From: the human T2T-CHM13v2.0 reference genome, Homo sapiens
Strand: one strand, 5' to 3'
Assembly (NCBI RefSeq): GCF_009914755.1
Contig: NC_060933.1
DNA: 64,000 nucleotides
Shown here piece by piece: positions 14,600 to 33,484 of this stretch. Numbering within the stretch: position 1 is the first letter of the stretch; every line of letters starts with the position of its first letter. A program made the translations under genes and the position numbers. A model generated the notes under the pieces. It was not told where the DNA came from and made no database searches. It worked only from the letters and a program-made list of their open reading frames with translations.

Positions 14600-16902
14600 G
14601 TTGAATGCGAAAACTAGAAGAATAAAATAACATCAAGTTAAGAGTATTTTGTAATGGGAGATATGGAAAGGTATGTGAAAGCAATGATTCAAATGGAAAT
14701 CTCGTTTTTTCTAATATCTTTTCCTTTATTCTCTATTTCTCATTGGATATTGTGTATATAAATCTAGGCAATATTTTCTGGTTGCATATTCCATGGGGAA
14801 GGTGAAACTTTTAGCTAAGGAGGTTTATTTAACAGCTGAAGTGGGTATGACTCTGATCACATAAAATTCAGCCATTTCTTGCCTTGGCTGCTTTTGCCTT
14901 TATATGGGAATATGTCACTAGTTCAACTGGTTGAGTCTCACTGGTTGATCCTAGGCTAACAGTTAATTCAGTTTTATTAGATGGAAAATGATATTCATCT
15001 CCATATGTACCACTTTGTCTTGAAAAGTAATATTGAGAATGGCAAATTTAGAACACAAAAGGTGGAGGGGGATATAAGACAACAATATGGCCAAAACATC
15101 ATTATAATAAGGACAAATTGAGAAATATTTATATAACTATATTCATCCATATCCATATTTATGTCTTTTTGTTGTTATTTTAATGTACTAATGATTTTAC
15201 AGTAGTTTTCGTAAGCTTTGTTTATCTTTAAGTCTATTTGTCTGTTTTATCAGAAGCACTTGAAGCTATTTTCCTAATTTTACTTTAGCTAGTAAAGCCT
15301 GCTCTCATTATTGACAATGTTTTAGAATTTTAATAATTTATGTGAAGGGCAAATTAGTCACATTTTAAGCTAGTGCTTCAATTGAATTGATTATTGGTTC
15401 TCTTCAATCATTTCACAGTTTTTTCACCACTTCATGCCCTGCACAAAACAAGCTACATAGCAGTCCTTTTTTTGTTTGTCATTTTATAATTAGTATTTAT
15501 CAGGATTTTACATTGCAAGTTCTAGAACCTAAATTATAATCCTAAACTGAAAGCAGGTAATGTAATCGCTAATAGAAAGATTTAAACTTGGCCCTTGTAT
15601 CTTATACGTTCATATATTGTAAGGGTTATGGTGTGTTCATGCAAGAACAACCCTACCAAGGAAGGGATGCTGGCAGATAAAACATCATGCCTACTTTACT
15701 GGGCAATCCAAGGCCAGCGTGGTTTTTTTCCAGGAATCTGCACTGAGGTTATATTTGCTTTTTACTGTGGGTCCAAGTCTTAACAGCACAAACATATCAA
15801 ATAGTGATGCTATCCTATCTTGGAATAACAACAATTGCTTCATGTAAAAACTGCTTAAATATAAAGTAAACATAAAAATAACTTTAAAATATGACTCAAT
15901 ATGTAAAGTTGGCCTTGGTATTTGCAAATGAATTTAAAATTCATAAAATCAAATGAACTTAGAAAGTGGACAATATTTACTGATTTGACAAAATTACTTC
16001 AGAGCACATAAAGTTTAAAGGTATCACTGTTTTCTGAGAAAACGTCAACCAATTTATTTAAGGATAATTGACACATAAAATCAAATTCATTTAAAAACTT
16101 CTAATCAAACAACAAAAACAGTTATGGCTAAAATATATTCAATATTATTTAGAAATTTGAAGCAAGTAGAAACCTCCTAAAATTCTAAAAATGGGAAAAA
16201 TGTTTAAAATTATAGAAGCTATTGCACAACTGTCTCATGTTACTTTAAAATTGCACTTACATAAAAACCAGTGATGGGGAAAATTTGTTTTTAACCAACT
16301 CAACATTTTGACCAGTTTTGTTTCAACTACTCCATTTGCAGTCATTGAACAGAAGCACAAAGCTTAAAATTGGAGAATGGTAGTGATAATGTACATTAAA
16401 AATTTCCAGAGTAACAAAAACCTTCATCTACATTAGTTTTTCGCTATCACATTTTGATGATATAATATAATTCTCTACTTATTACAAACTTTCTTTTTAT
16501 TCACCCTGTTTATGGTTATTGTAATTATAGTTCCCTTTGTCTCTATAATTCTTCATAGAAAGTTCATGTATGTATCATTCAGGTCACATTATTTGTGGTG
16601 ATATATATATGGACTATAATCCAAATACAGTCTTCTCATGGGTAGAGAAGCTGAGCATGTTCCTATCATTCTATCTTGGTATAGTGTATTTCTCTCTCTA
16701 CCCTCCAGCTTCATTATAGTCTTCAGAGAAAAAATTTAAAAGGCTGTGCCAAAATAAAGTTGACTCCTACATAATTTCAAAGACTGACATTGATTTTTCA
16801 AATTTCTTAAGCTCATATTATTTTAAAAATACCCAAACTGTAATCCAAAACTAAAAGCAGGTAATGTAGTGGCTAACGGAAAGATTTATGCTTGGCTCTG
16901 AA

Positions 16903-17533
<631 letters not shown>

Positions 17534-17549
17534 TATTTTCAGAATGTAG

Positions 17550-19260
17550 GTTTGTGCTTCTGGAAATATGGTATAGTGTACTTTTCTCTGTTCCTCTCCT
17601 GAAGTACTGTACTGTTAAGAACTCTAGACAATATATATGAAACCAATGTGAAAAGACTCTAACAGGTGGAGAGAAAGTGGCAGATGGTCTGGTGATATTG
17701 AGACCTAAAGCAAAAAGCAGTGGTGAGTTCCCTGAGCTTTATTTTGGTCTTATACATGGTAGACTTAGAGCTGAAAAAGTTGACAACCCAGAAATGCCAA
17801 AGGGTTCAGATGGAAGAAAAAAGCCCCAGGAACAGCCAGTTCTCTCTGACCATAGAACTTGTCGTAGCCTAGCAAGACAGAAAACTGTTAGATAATAACC
17901 AGTGTACTCCAGCTAAACAACAAACAAAAAATTGAAAAAAGAAATCAGAAAAAAACCAACCCATCTCTACTCAGAGAACCCATTACAACAAAGTAGGAGC
18001 TTAGATTTATACCCTTGTGCAGTATAATGAAGTGCCCCGATCACTGGGTGATGTCAGAGGAGACCAAATAGCGGGTTGAGACTTTCATCCCATTCGGTTG
18101 GTAATGAGCTCCCCAAGCCTTGTGATATCAGTGGAGACTGCAGGGTGAGCCTGGGCTTCCATCACTGCCTGGTAGTTACAAAGGCCCCCCTCTCACACCC
18201 TGTTAAGATGATGTCAGAGGAGGCCTGAAGGACAGTCATGGCTTTCACCATTGCCGGCTGTAATGAAGCCACCCTTGTCGTACTGTCATTGGAGATCACC
18301 TGAGGAGCTAGACCTCCCACCGCTGCCCTGCTATAATGAGAAGGAGTGTCAACAGAAGGTGAGTGAGCGGGGAATCTGAATTTCTACCTCCACCCAGCAG
18401 TAACAGGTCTGAGTCCATATGCCCCTTCCTCCTCTACCTGAGTTCCTCCACAAACCAAAAAACAAACAAACAAACAAAAAACTAGCTAAAACATAAAGTT
18501 TAAATAATATCCAGAGTCTTATAACATAAAATAAAAATGTTCAGGTTTCAATCAGAAGCCACTCGTCAAGATCTCAAAATGAATGGAAAAAAACAATCAG
18601 TAGAAGCCAATGATGGGATGACATCTGTAAGGATTTTAAAGCAGCCATGGTAAAAAGATTAAAATGCTTCGGTGAGCAATTATAAATGCACTTGAAAACA
18701 AATAAAAAAGAAAAAGCCTCAGCAAAGTATCAGACAAGAAATAAAAGACGTAATGAAGAACCAAATAAAATTTTAGAACTGAAAAATACAAACACTGAAA
18801 TATAAAGCTCAGTGGGCTCAACAGAAGAATGAAGGGACAGAGGAAAGAGTCATTGAACTGGGAGTTAGAACAACAGGAGTTAATCTGAACAATAGAGAGG
18901 AAAAAGATTAAAAAGTTTAGAGGAAAGAATCATTGAACTGGGAATTAGAACAATAGAAGTTAATCTGAACAAAAGAGAGGAAAAATATTAAAAAGTTTAC
19001 AGAGCATTAGATCTGTGGAACTACAACAAAAAACTAACATTTGTGTCATCAAAGTTGCAAAAGAAGGGGAAAAAGACTATAGGGCTGAAAAAGTATTCAA
19101 AGAAATAATGACTAAAATCTCCTCAAATTTGGCAATACACATAAACCTACAAAATCAGGAAGCAGGGCAAATGACAAACAGGATGAATCTAAGGAAATCC
19201 TTGCTAAGACACATAATAATTAAACTTCTGAAACCTAAAGACAAAGAAAAGATTTTTGAT
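17550..19260 (+). mobile_element. Old L1M 5' UTR and ORF1 remnant
   Basis: ORF 19015-19266 (NICVIKV...EKVFKEIM...LRHIIIKLLKPKDKEKI) resembles the L1 ORF1p RRM/CTD. Confidence 0.8.
18839..18998. repeat. 80-bp tandem duplication within L1 ORF1 remnant
   Basis: agaggaaaga(g/a)tcattgaactggga...ttaaaaagttt x2, with a few mismatches. Confidence 0.9.
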
Positions 19261-19404
19261 GTCTAAAGACTTATATCTCTATGAAGATTAAAGTTTGGGA
19301 GGTTAGTTTATAATCTTAAGCTAGGTGTGAAGGAAAGGTCATAGGATTCAAGAAGTCATAATAGGAGGAATGATTCATTGGATGATTAAAATATTGGTTG
19401 TACC

Positions 19405-19553
19405 AGAGATGGCCAGCAAACCACCAGCAACCACGGGAGAAGCATGGATCAGCTTCTTCCTCACTGCCCGGGAAGGAACCAATCCCACCAAAACCTTGAT
19501 CTCAGACTTCTAGCTGCCAAAACTGAAACAGTAAATTTCTTCTTTTAAGTCAC
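19405..19553 (+). mobile_element. MLT1 (MaLR LTR, MLT1C-like) fragment
   Basis: ccagcaaaccaccag...gaaggaaccaa...accttgatctcagacttctag. Confidence 0.75.
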
Positions 19554-20614
19554 AAAAATAAAAATAAAATGGCTCTGCCCTTTTTATGAGTTTCAGACAT
19601 GTGGATCATTTGCCTTCAGAGAACCACTGAAACCACAGGGCAGGGCAAAATGTAGCTGAACTTTTTGCATTAACAGATTGCCTATACCCTGATTAACCAG
19701 TCCTTTCAAAGGTGACTCAGCTGTACATATAAAGAATGGCATATGTAAAACATAAATGTTCTTTGGAGATAATAGACAATGATTTGATATACTCACATAT
19801 CTCTTTTTCACAGAAAGACTGACATTTATGTTGTTAATCTCTACTGATTCACTTGGTAGCAATTGTTTCACTAGATTGTTAATGTCTGAAAGACAATATT
19901 GTCCAGTTTCTTAGAGTAGAAGGGAATGCATGGATCATAGCAATAATCAGTTAATGTTTGCAGAAAGCATATATGCAGGATAAGAACTGCAATATATGAA
20001 TGACTGTCTGTGTAAATGGATAGGCATTTGTCCAAGAGACAAAACAAAGCCCTTATAAAAATAAAGCCTTTTTTTGTGCTTAAAAAACTTGAGAAATGGT
20101 AGCTATATTTTTGTTGTTTTGCTTTTCTAGACAATTTGGTTTTCTAGACAATTCCTGGCATTCTGTATAACCAATAAATATACATTCACTCAAATAGGTT
20201 AGAAAAACTATAGAAGCAGGTAAAAGTGAAAGAGGCATTTTATAATTTGGCAAGCAGTGAATATTAGCAGTTTTAAGTTTTAAAACAGAAAAGACACTAG
20301 TGCATAATTATATAGATATTAGCATAACTATGATATCTAAAGCATGTGACCTAACTTTAACTGCAATATTTGTCAATTTTATTTTTATTAATTATATGAT
20401 TATAATGAAATTATAAATTTATAAATTATAAAAAATATGTTTTTATTAGTTTTTACTAGTTAATGACACAGATAAATTGATTTCAAAAGAGTTTTAAAAT
20501 TCTTTAAAACTTTTAGTGTCAGAACCTAGAATTACCAATTTGAATTAATGGAATTTAAAAACTTGTTTTTAATGCATCAGTGTATGTTATTGTATGTGTG
20601 TGTGCATGCATACA

Positions 20615-20975
20615 TTTTAACAGAATTATAGAATTATAATTCATGAACCATACAATTCACTCATTTAAAGTGCACAATTCAACAGTTTTTAGTATATTCC
20701 CAGAGTTGTGCAAGCATCACCATCATCTAATTCCAATATATTTTCATCACCCCAAAAATAAACTTCATGCCCATTAGTGATCTCTCTCCATTCTTCCCTT
20801 ACCCCAGCTCTTGGCAACCACTAATCTACTTTCTGTCTCAATGGATTTGCCTATTCTGGATAGTACATATAAAAGGGATCATGCAATATGTGGTCTTTTG
20901 TGACTGAATTTTTTCAACATAACATAATATTTTAAAGTTTCATCCATGTTGTAGCTTATGTCAGAACTTTATTTT
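20615..20975 (-). mobile_element. L1MB 3' UTR fragment
   Basis: catacaattcactcatttaaagtg...ggcaaccactaatctactttctgtctc...gttcatccatgttgtagc. Confidence 0.85.
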
Positions 20976-22314
20976 GAACTAAGCCTTGTGGAGCAATGTA
21001 TTTTAGAATGACTAAGTAAATTGAAGGATAAAAATTTCAAGAAATTCTCACTCTCAGCTGGAATTACCATGCTATTATGATTTTGTAGATAAAATTGTGA
21101 TCCATGCACACAGGTGCTTAATCTATTTGCTAAGTCAGTTTGTTTACTGCTTACATTGCTTAACTCATTTTGTTGAATATCTATCTGTATATTCTATCTA
21201 CCTGTAGCAAATATCTATGTCTATTTCTATATTATCTATATCCAACTATGACTCCTAACACTGCACTTGGAAAACAATGTTACTTCATAAATGCTAAATA
21301 AATGAGTGAACGAATGTATACGAAAATGGAGTCAACTCTAAAGTTGCCCAGTTTCAGTTTCTACTAGATTTTACATTAGACAGAGACGTAAGCCAAAGAG
21401 TTTCTTGGAATATGTACTCAATGATAAACTATATTAAAGAGTTAAAAACATAATCAGCAACATTAGGGAAATAAAGTTTTAATTAAATAGTTTATAGACC
21501 AAAGGTGGCTAAAATCATGTATGGCCAATGAACATAATTGACAGAACTTGCCAATCGAAGAAGAGTCAAAACAGATGAGAATATATATAAAATTACCTAA
21601 ACACACTAGCAACTATACTAATGTCTACTTTTAAGAATGACCTGCGAGAAAATCAATTTGTGTTGATGAATACTGTGGGAAGAACTAGAATTTTCACACC
21701 CAGGCTCCTGTACCTGGATGGCCATTACATTTTTCCATTTTCACACTCCAAGGGAATGTAGAAGGGAAAGCCAACTGTGTGAAATAACGGAAGCACTGGG
21801 AGGTCAGTGAAATACAATTCAGACAAAGCGAACAACCTTCCAAATAGTTCCAAGCATCTTCTTAAGCAGGTGTCTACTCCAACAATGATGCTTTCAATGG
21901 TGAATAAAGGCTGATGTATGTTTTTAAGAAATCAGAAGTCACTAAAAAATGAAAGTCTTGACAGACAGCCCTGCTAGTTTCAAATATTCTGTAATTTTAC
22001 CCAGATGTATTTTTGGTTTTCTAAGCAGTGCTTGTACTGAAATGTCAGATGGGCTAGAGAATATTTCATGTTAGCTTTGTGGATGATTCGGCTGCCTTTT
22101 GTTATTTACTTGGAGAGCAAAAGCTGAGAGCTGTAGTTAAGCTTAAAGGCAACATTAATTTGCATGTAGAGTCAGTGATCTTTGTCAGAAGTGCTTTTCA
22201 AATCCAATTTACCAACCAAAAATATCAAGAAACAGTGAAGGAATATTACATTGCATAACTACCTCCTTCACAGAATGGTTATTAGTTGAGAACTATTAAA
22301 ATGTAATTCTTTAA

Positions 22315-23156
<842 letters not shown>

Positions 23157-23479
23157 TGTTTTAATTTGTAAATGGCTAATTTTAAACATAAGGATTCAAT
23201 TTTAAAGTGAAAATTGTAACTGGATAAACTGCATCTATATACCTTCCTAAAAACTTAAGATATAATCACTATAAAAGACAAAGTATTAATAAATTTATAT
23301 TTATTATATCATAATTATCTCATGATTTATGACTCACAATCTATATCTCAGGAATATCTGAATGTGAACACTAATATTTCATAATTCAGACCTCATAATT
23401 TCATAATATCAATATTTCATAATTTCATCAAGGAATTATATATTTTTCATTAATCCTAAATAAAATGTTAATTTTGTAG

Positions 23480-23870
23480 TTTCTGTATAATTCAATTTGT
23501 AAAATTATTGGTCACCTCCCGTGTGCCTAGGTACTTCTAAATGTGGTGCTCAAAATGACTAAGACATGGTACCTGTGCTTAATAAGTTCCTAGTCTAGCA
23601 TGGAAGATAGACACAGTAATAAATCATCTACTTTATGATAACTGCAACATAAATTTATACAAGAAACAAGGTATTTCCCAGAGAATAGAATAATTAGTAA
23701 TGCAGGGGTGTTGCCCAGGGAAATTTTTCTGGAAGAAGCTATATCTGAACTGAGGCTTAAAACAGTCACAGCCAATTTGCCAGCTGGGTGAGGAGGGAAG
23801 GATAGAAGATATTCCAGGCAATGCCTCTTCCATGTCCACAGGCAAGAAATATGAAATATTACAATATGAT
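23480..23870 (+). mobile_element. L2 fragment
   Basis: gtgtgcctaggtact...aagacatggtacctgtgctt...ctgaactgagg...attccaggca. Confidence 0.65.
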
Positions 23871-24126
23871 CTGGGACCCAAGGAATTACAGCCACTGCTA
23901 TCTGAACTGTATCATTGTAAATAAAAAAGAAAATCTTCATATACTGCAGTCATTAATTTGACACATTTCAAAACAGCCTGGGCTAGAATGCCAATAGAAT
24001 TATAACTTATAAAAGTACATAGATTTTCTTTAATGGATTTTTTTGACATATGAATAAATATATTTTTTACTGTGGTTGCAAACAAGACTGTAGGAGTGTA
24101 GCTACATTATTTTAAACCTGTAGTTT

Positions 24127-24669
24127 AATAGGCAACAAACGCAGAAATAGACTAATGGGATTACGTCAAACTAAGAAGCTTTTGAACAACAAAGAAAACA
24201 GCAGTGAAGAGGCAACCTACAGAACAGGAGAAAATATTTGCAAACTATGTATTTGGTAAGGGGTTAATATCCAAAGTATATAAGAAACTCAATAGCAAGA
24301 CAAATAACTTGATTAAAATATGGGCAAAGGACATGAATAGACATTTCTTAAAAGAAGACATACAGATGATACCCAAGTATAAAAAAATTTCAACATCACC
24401 AATCATCAGAGAAATGCAAATCAAAACCACAATAAGCTATCACCACCCATGGGTTATAATGGCTTTTATCAAAAAGACAAAAGATCACAAGTGTTGGTGA
24501 GGATGTGGAGAAAAGGGAAGTATTCTCGCCACAGAAATGATAAATATGTGTGGTAATGCATATGTTAATTAGCTAGATTTAGTCATTCTGCAATGTATCT
24601 ATACAGCAAAACACCATGTTGGACACAGTAAATACATAGAATTTTATCTGTCATTGTAAAAAATAAAAT
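24127..24669 (+). mobile_element. 5'-truncated, internally deleted L1MA
   Basis: ORF 24204-24500 ([14 protein letters not shown]...REMQIKTT) joined to an L1MA-type 3' end; flanked by taaacctgtag(c)ttt on both sides. Confidence 0.85.
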
Positions 24670-25119
24670 AAACCTGTAGCTTTGAATGCAAGATACATTA
24701 TGCCTTTTAAATCCTCATTTTATCCCTTAACAGCTTCATGACCATGGGTAAGTCATTAACCTCTAGGCATCTGTGAACTAAATATGACAGTCACAGTTTT
24801 GACCTGTCCATATTCCTTCTAAAGGAAACTATCTGCTTACAGCCCCTGTGACATTTAGGTGGACTATAAAAAAAATTCTACTATATGACATTTAAATTTC
24901 ATTCATCTGTCACCTCCCCTTCTCTTCAGGAAAGATTCCAATTATTCATGTGAAATATGGATAGTAAGGACTGTACATACCTGCATAATTTACCTCATAC
25001 ATAAATAAAAAAAGAATTGCACAGTATTTTCTCTTTTCCCAAATAGAACTAAGACATTCCTTTTGATTTTCATATCAAAAGTTTATGTAATTGTTCTTAG
25101 AGGAATCTTGTAATTGAAG

Positions 25120-25590
25120 ACTATGGACTTTGGAGGCTTAAGAGATGAAAATTAAACTATAGCCTCATTATTCTCTACCCTTGTGATGTGGACAAGTTGC
25201 TTCACTTCTGAGCCTTGCTTTTTGATTCTGTAAAATGAACAATAGTACCGACTGTTAATTTTGCTCCCATATATTGAGTATTTGCTATATGCACGTCACT
25301 TTGCTAAGAATTTCATTATCATGTTCTATTTCAATAATCAAAACAGCATTTTGACATATTTTCAATGCCATTTGCAAAGGAGGAAACAGACTCAGAGAAG
25401 CTAAATAATTTGACTGTCACTTGGCAAGTGAGTGAATATGAAACCCAGTGAAGCTGATTCTAAATCTTGATTCCTAACCACTATACTCTACTGCCTCCAT
25501 ATTTTTCAAGATTATGGTGAAGATTGAAAGAAATAATGTATATAATGAATTATGATCTTCCTGGCAAAGCATCAGTACCTGACAAATGTT
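25120..25590. mobile_element. MIR cluster (two orientations)
   Basis: ggacaagttgcttcacttctgagcct...ctgtaaaatg and gaggaaacagactcagaga. Confidence 0.7.
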
Positions 25591-27751
25591 ATAATAGTTC
25601 CCTTTTCCTACTTCATTCTTTACTGCTATTTTATTTAAGGGACCTAAAGAGTGGAAATGTATTCATAAGCAATGTATTTCACTATTAAATCGTATAACAG
25701 CAAAAGATTTTAATGGACCATGGAACTCATTTATATGAGATTTAAAAAAGATGATTTCCCTTTTGGTCTTCAAAAATTGAATTTAAAGAAAGTCTTTAAA
25801 GATTTCAAAAATTAATTTTCTTTCTGCCAAATTTTTAATGAGCTGCTAGACTGATTTTCTGGAACATATCAGTGACTTTACTATTCTCTCAGAGGACTTG
25901 ACTGCTGCTTGGAGACACCCACAGACACTGGTAAGGCTAAGTTTTGTGGCTGCTGCCAGATTCTCTGGGGGAAAAAAAAGAGCATTGCTACGTGAGATGC
26001 ATTTAGTATAAAATAGTTATGATAGAAGAAGAAAAGAATGTGTTTCTTCACTGACAGTTCGACTTTTCAGATTTTAAGCTTCTGTAAGTAACTAAAAAGA
26101 GATGAAATATTAAAGCCCAGCAACCTATGTGAATTAGCCATCTTTATATTCCTTTTAGATAAAAATAGCACTATGTCCATGTAGTAAAACATGCTTAACC
26201 CTCATTGCGGTGTGAGGGATTTGCTGTATTTCTCATTTGACTCAGATGTGCAGTCACATATTAAATAATGGAGCCACCATATTCTTTTGTTACTTGTGAG
26301 AATGCAGTATAATATGAGTTATAACAGAGAATGACTTCTCTTTGTTCTACCAGGATTCATCAACTCCATGGTTTAGCTGTAACTAAGATCAAAGTTTGGA
26401 CCTAAAAATATACTTAAATATGCCACCAAAGCAGATTTTCTTAAATAACATATTAGAAATCTCAGTAGCACAGGGAGGCTTATAAGGTGACTTTGGACAA
26501 TGGTTTTATGTAGTTCTGCCCATGCCTGGTAGTGAAATATGGGTGGATAAATTGGCTAAGCCAAATTTATACCCTTTATATACCTCTTTCTGGCAAAGTC
26601 TTAGCCAATGAGAGCAAATATTATATAGCAAGGCAGACTGAAGCTGCAGAGACTTACATTTTTGTTCCATGTAACACCTACAAGTTAAATTAAATGTAAT
26701 CATACCTTCCTGTTTAACATCTGTATAGGAAATAGAAGACAGGGGAAATTCTTTTGGTGGGTGCAGTTTGAATTATTTGAAAACTAGCTTGTCTAAAGAA
26801 AACCAGGCAATATGGTTTTCTCCAAGAAGACTTCGGTGTCTGTCCAGTGGCCTGCAGGGATATGTTAGTATTAGCTTTGGACTTTGGGTAGTGTGTAACT
26901 TAATATAATGGTTTGGCTAATGCTGTGGTAATTAAAATATATTGCTGAGAAATTGATATTTTCTTAAGAAGGGTAGAGGACTAAGATATACAACATTTAT
27001 TGGTTTTTAACTCTGTGCTAGGCACTGGACTAAGCCAATCTAGAATTTGGATTATTTCTCAGTGAGAAACACTATTGTGTAAGGTAGCATAAAATAGAGT
27101 TTTCCTTGTGCATCTCATTTAATGCTTGCTAAAACCCCAAAGAGGTAGGTATTATTTCAACTTAACAGGTGAGCAGATGAGCTTAATGATTTAAGGTATA
27201 CATTCGTGGTCACACGGGTAATCATGGTGGATACAGGCTTCTAGTTCTAGGGTCATTTTCTAAAATAACTATACTTTCTGATTAAGAGTAGCCTCAGAAT
27301 TTAATGAGAACAGAAGTGTCTATATATTTCTCAAAATAGATTCATGGATTTAAACGTAGTACTTCTCATAGTACAGAGAATTATCATGTCTTAATAAATA
27401 CTAGTGTTGTCTATTTTTGTCACCCATTCCTCTCCAAGGAAGAAACATTTGTTAATATATATACTCAGAGTTTGTCATTCACTGGACTACAATTAATCAT
27501 TGGTAAGATTATGCTTATTTTGCAAGCATAGAGACCCATGCTCCCTTCTCTTTTTAAAACTTCTAGTTTTAGACACTGAGGTCAAGATAGTCAATTTTGT
27601 TGCCATTTCTGCTTGAATTCCATGTAGGAGAATTGATCAACCAAGTTAGGGATACTATTAAAGCTTAGTTGCTGCTTCTATGTAGTAATTCCTGAGAATG
27701 TGCTTCATAATTTATGGAGGAAGGGAGGTGGTGTTAAAACGTGAGGATAGG

Positions 27752-28039
27752 AGCCGGGAGTGGTGGCTCACGCGTGTAATCCCAGCAATTCAGGAGGACG
27801 AGGCGGGCAGATCACCTGAGGTAGGGAGTTGGAGACAAGCCTGACCAACATGGAGAAACCCCATTTCTACTAAAAATACAAAATTAGCCGGGAGTGGTGG
27901 TGCATGCCTGTAATTTCAGCTACTTGGGAGACTGAGGCAGGAGAATCACTTGAACATGGGAGGCAGAGGTTGCGGTGAGCCAAGATCGTGCCTGAACAAC
28001 AAGAGTGAAACTCCCTCTCAAAAAAAAAAATAAATAAAA
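27752..28039 (+). mobile_element. AluSp
   Basis: Diagnostics ctgaccaacatggagaaacc, gcggtgagcc, aacaagagtgaaactcc; TSD gtgaggatagg; short deletion in the right arm. Confidence 0.93.
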
Positions 28040-29597
28040 GTGAGGATAGGAAGAGGAAGAGGCTCTGATGAGACCCTGAGACCAAAGCTTGTGTTCTAAA
28101 TTAACTTTTGGTGCAGTTGGAATATTGATTACTTGCAGAAGTGTTAGGGGTTAATAAATGGTAGTTTGATTTAAATTCTCTTTGGTTCCTTGTGTAAGGG
28201 TTCCTTAGAAATTCTGTGTGGAAATAGGAGTGGTTTGGGTTGGCAATGAATTAGAATATCTTGGAGTTCATGGAAGTGATGTCTTCCAAATGCTATCACA
28301 ACCTTATGCACATTGATACTGACTTTTGTTTGGTACTTGAAACATATTCTCAAAATTTGTCATTTGTCTTTTTAAACTTTCTTGAGAGTATCTTCTACCA
28401 TAGAGTAATTTTATTGATAATGGTAGTCAAATATGGTAGTCTTATTCTATATTATTTGATTTTGGTAATACGTTAAGAAAGGACTTTCCCATTGTAAAAC
28501 TTAAAATTTTACTTCTTTTTTTTCAGTCTTTTTTTTTTTTACCTTTAAAAAATATTTAAATCATTGATCCACATGAAATTTTGTTTTGTATGGTATATGG
28601 TGGGAAGCTAATAATTACTAACATCCCTTCCACCCAAATATTTAGGCATTTTCTCCAACATTATTGATTACTTTTACTAGTTTTAAAATTCGAATAGTAA
28701 TAAATCCACTATTTGCCCTTTACATGCTTACCTACAACCTTAATATACTCCAATATGATTTGTGGGATTTAAAATCATATTACTTTGTAGAAAAATGTAC
28801 AAAATGTGAATATCCTCTTTTGAAGCCATCATAATACTAATGTTTGATGAATAATTGAGCATATTTATCTTTTCCCTATTGATTCTTAAATGTGAATGCC
28901 TTTTATGGTCACACTGACCCTTGCAGCCTGTCTTAATTAGAGATATTCTAAGAGATGAAATAAGGGTTCCCTGTGAACTCAGGGAAGCAGCACCCCAACG
29001 CTGCCTTCGCAGAACACAGAAAAGCTGAAGTCACAGTTTTTTGCAAAAACAAAAAACAAAAAACAAAAAATGACCTCCGTCCTATCGAGTTTTAATAATA
29101 GAAAAATGTCATTGATTCAAGGAATGTCAGTGCTGGCTAGAACCATGATTATATCTCTAAATCAACCTGGCATTTGATATATGAGCAAACTGAGGCCTGG
29201 TGAGGCAAAAATGCAGAGATAAGTCTAAAATTCAGATAAACCTTAATAATAAATAGTGGTATCAACAATTATTTTAATATGCTCAATATTGTGGGCTCCA
29301 TATTAGACATCACTTAAATTCTTTAAATAACCACAATATTATTTTTATTCTTTTTTAATTGAGAAAACTGAAGTTCAGAAGACTCGGGTAACTTTTTTTT
29401 TTATTATACTTTAAGTTTTAGGGTACAAGTGCACAACATGCAGGTTAGTTACATATGTATACATGTGCCATGTTGTGCTGCACCCAGCAACTCGTCATTT
29501 AACATTAGGTATATCTCCTAATGCTATCCCTCCCCCCACCCCACAACAGGCTCTGGTGTGTGATGTTCCCCTTCCTGTCTCCATGTGTTCTCATTGT

Positions 29598-33421
<3,824 letters not shown>

Positions 33422-33484
33422 TATGATGTTAGCTAGTTATTTTGCTCGTTAGTTGATGCAGTTTCTTCCTAGCCTCGATGGTCT

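Noticed and set aside
23370-23430. Repeated tttcataat motifs
   Set aside because: Short AT-rich slippage repeats with no higher-order structure.
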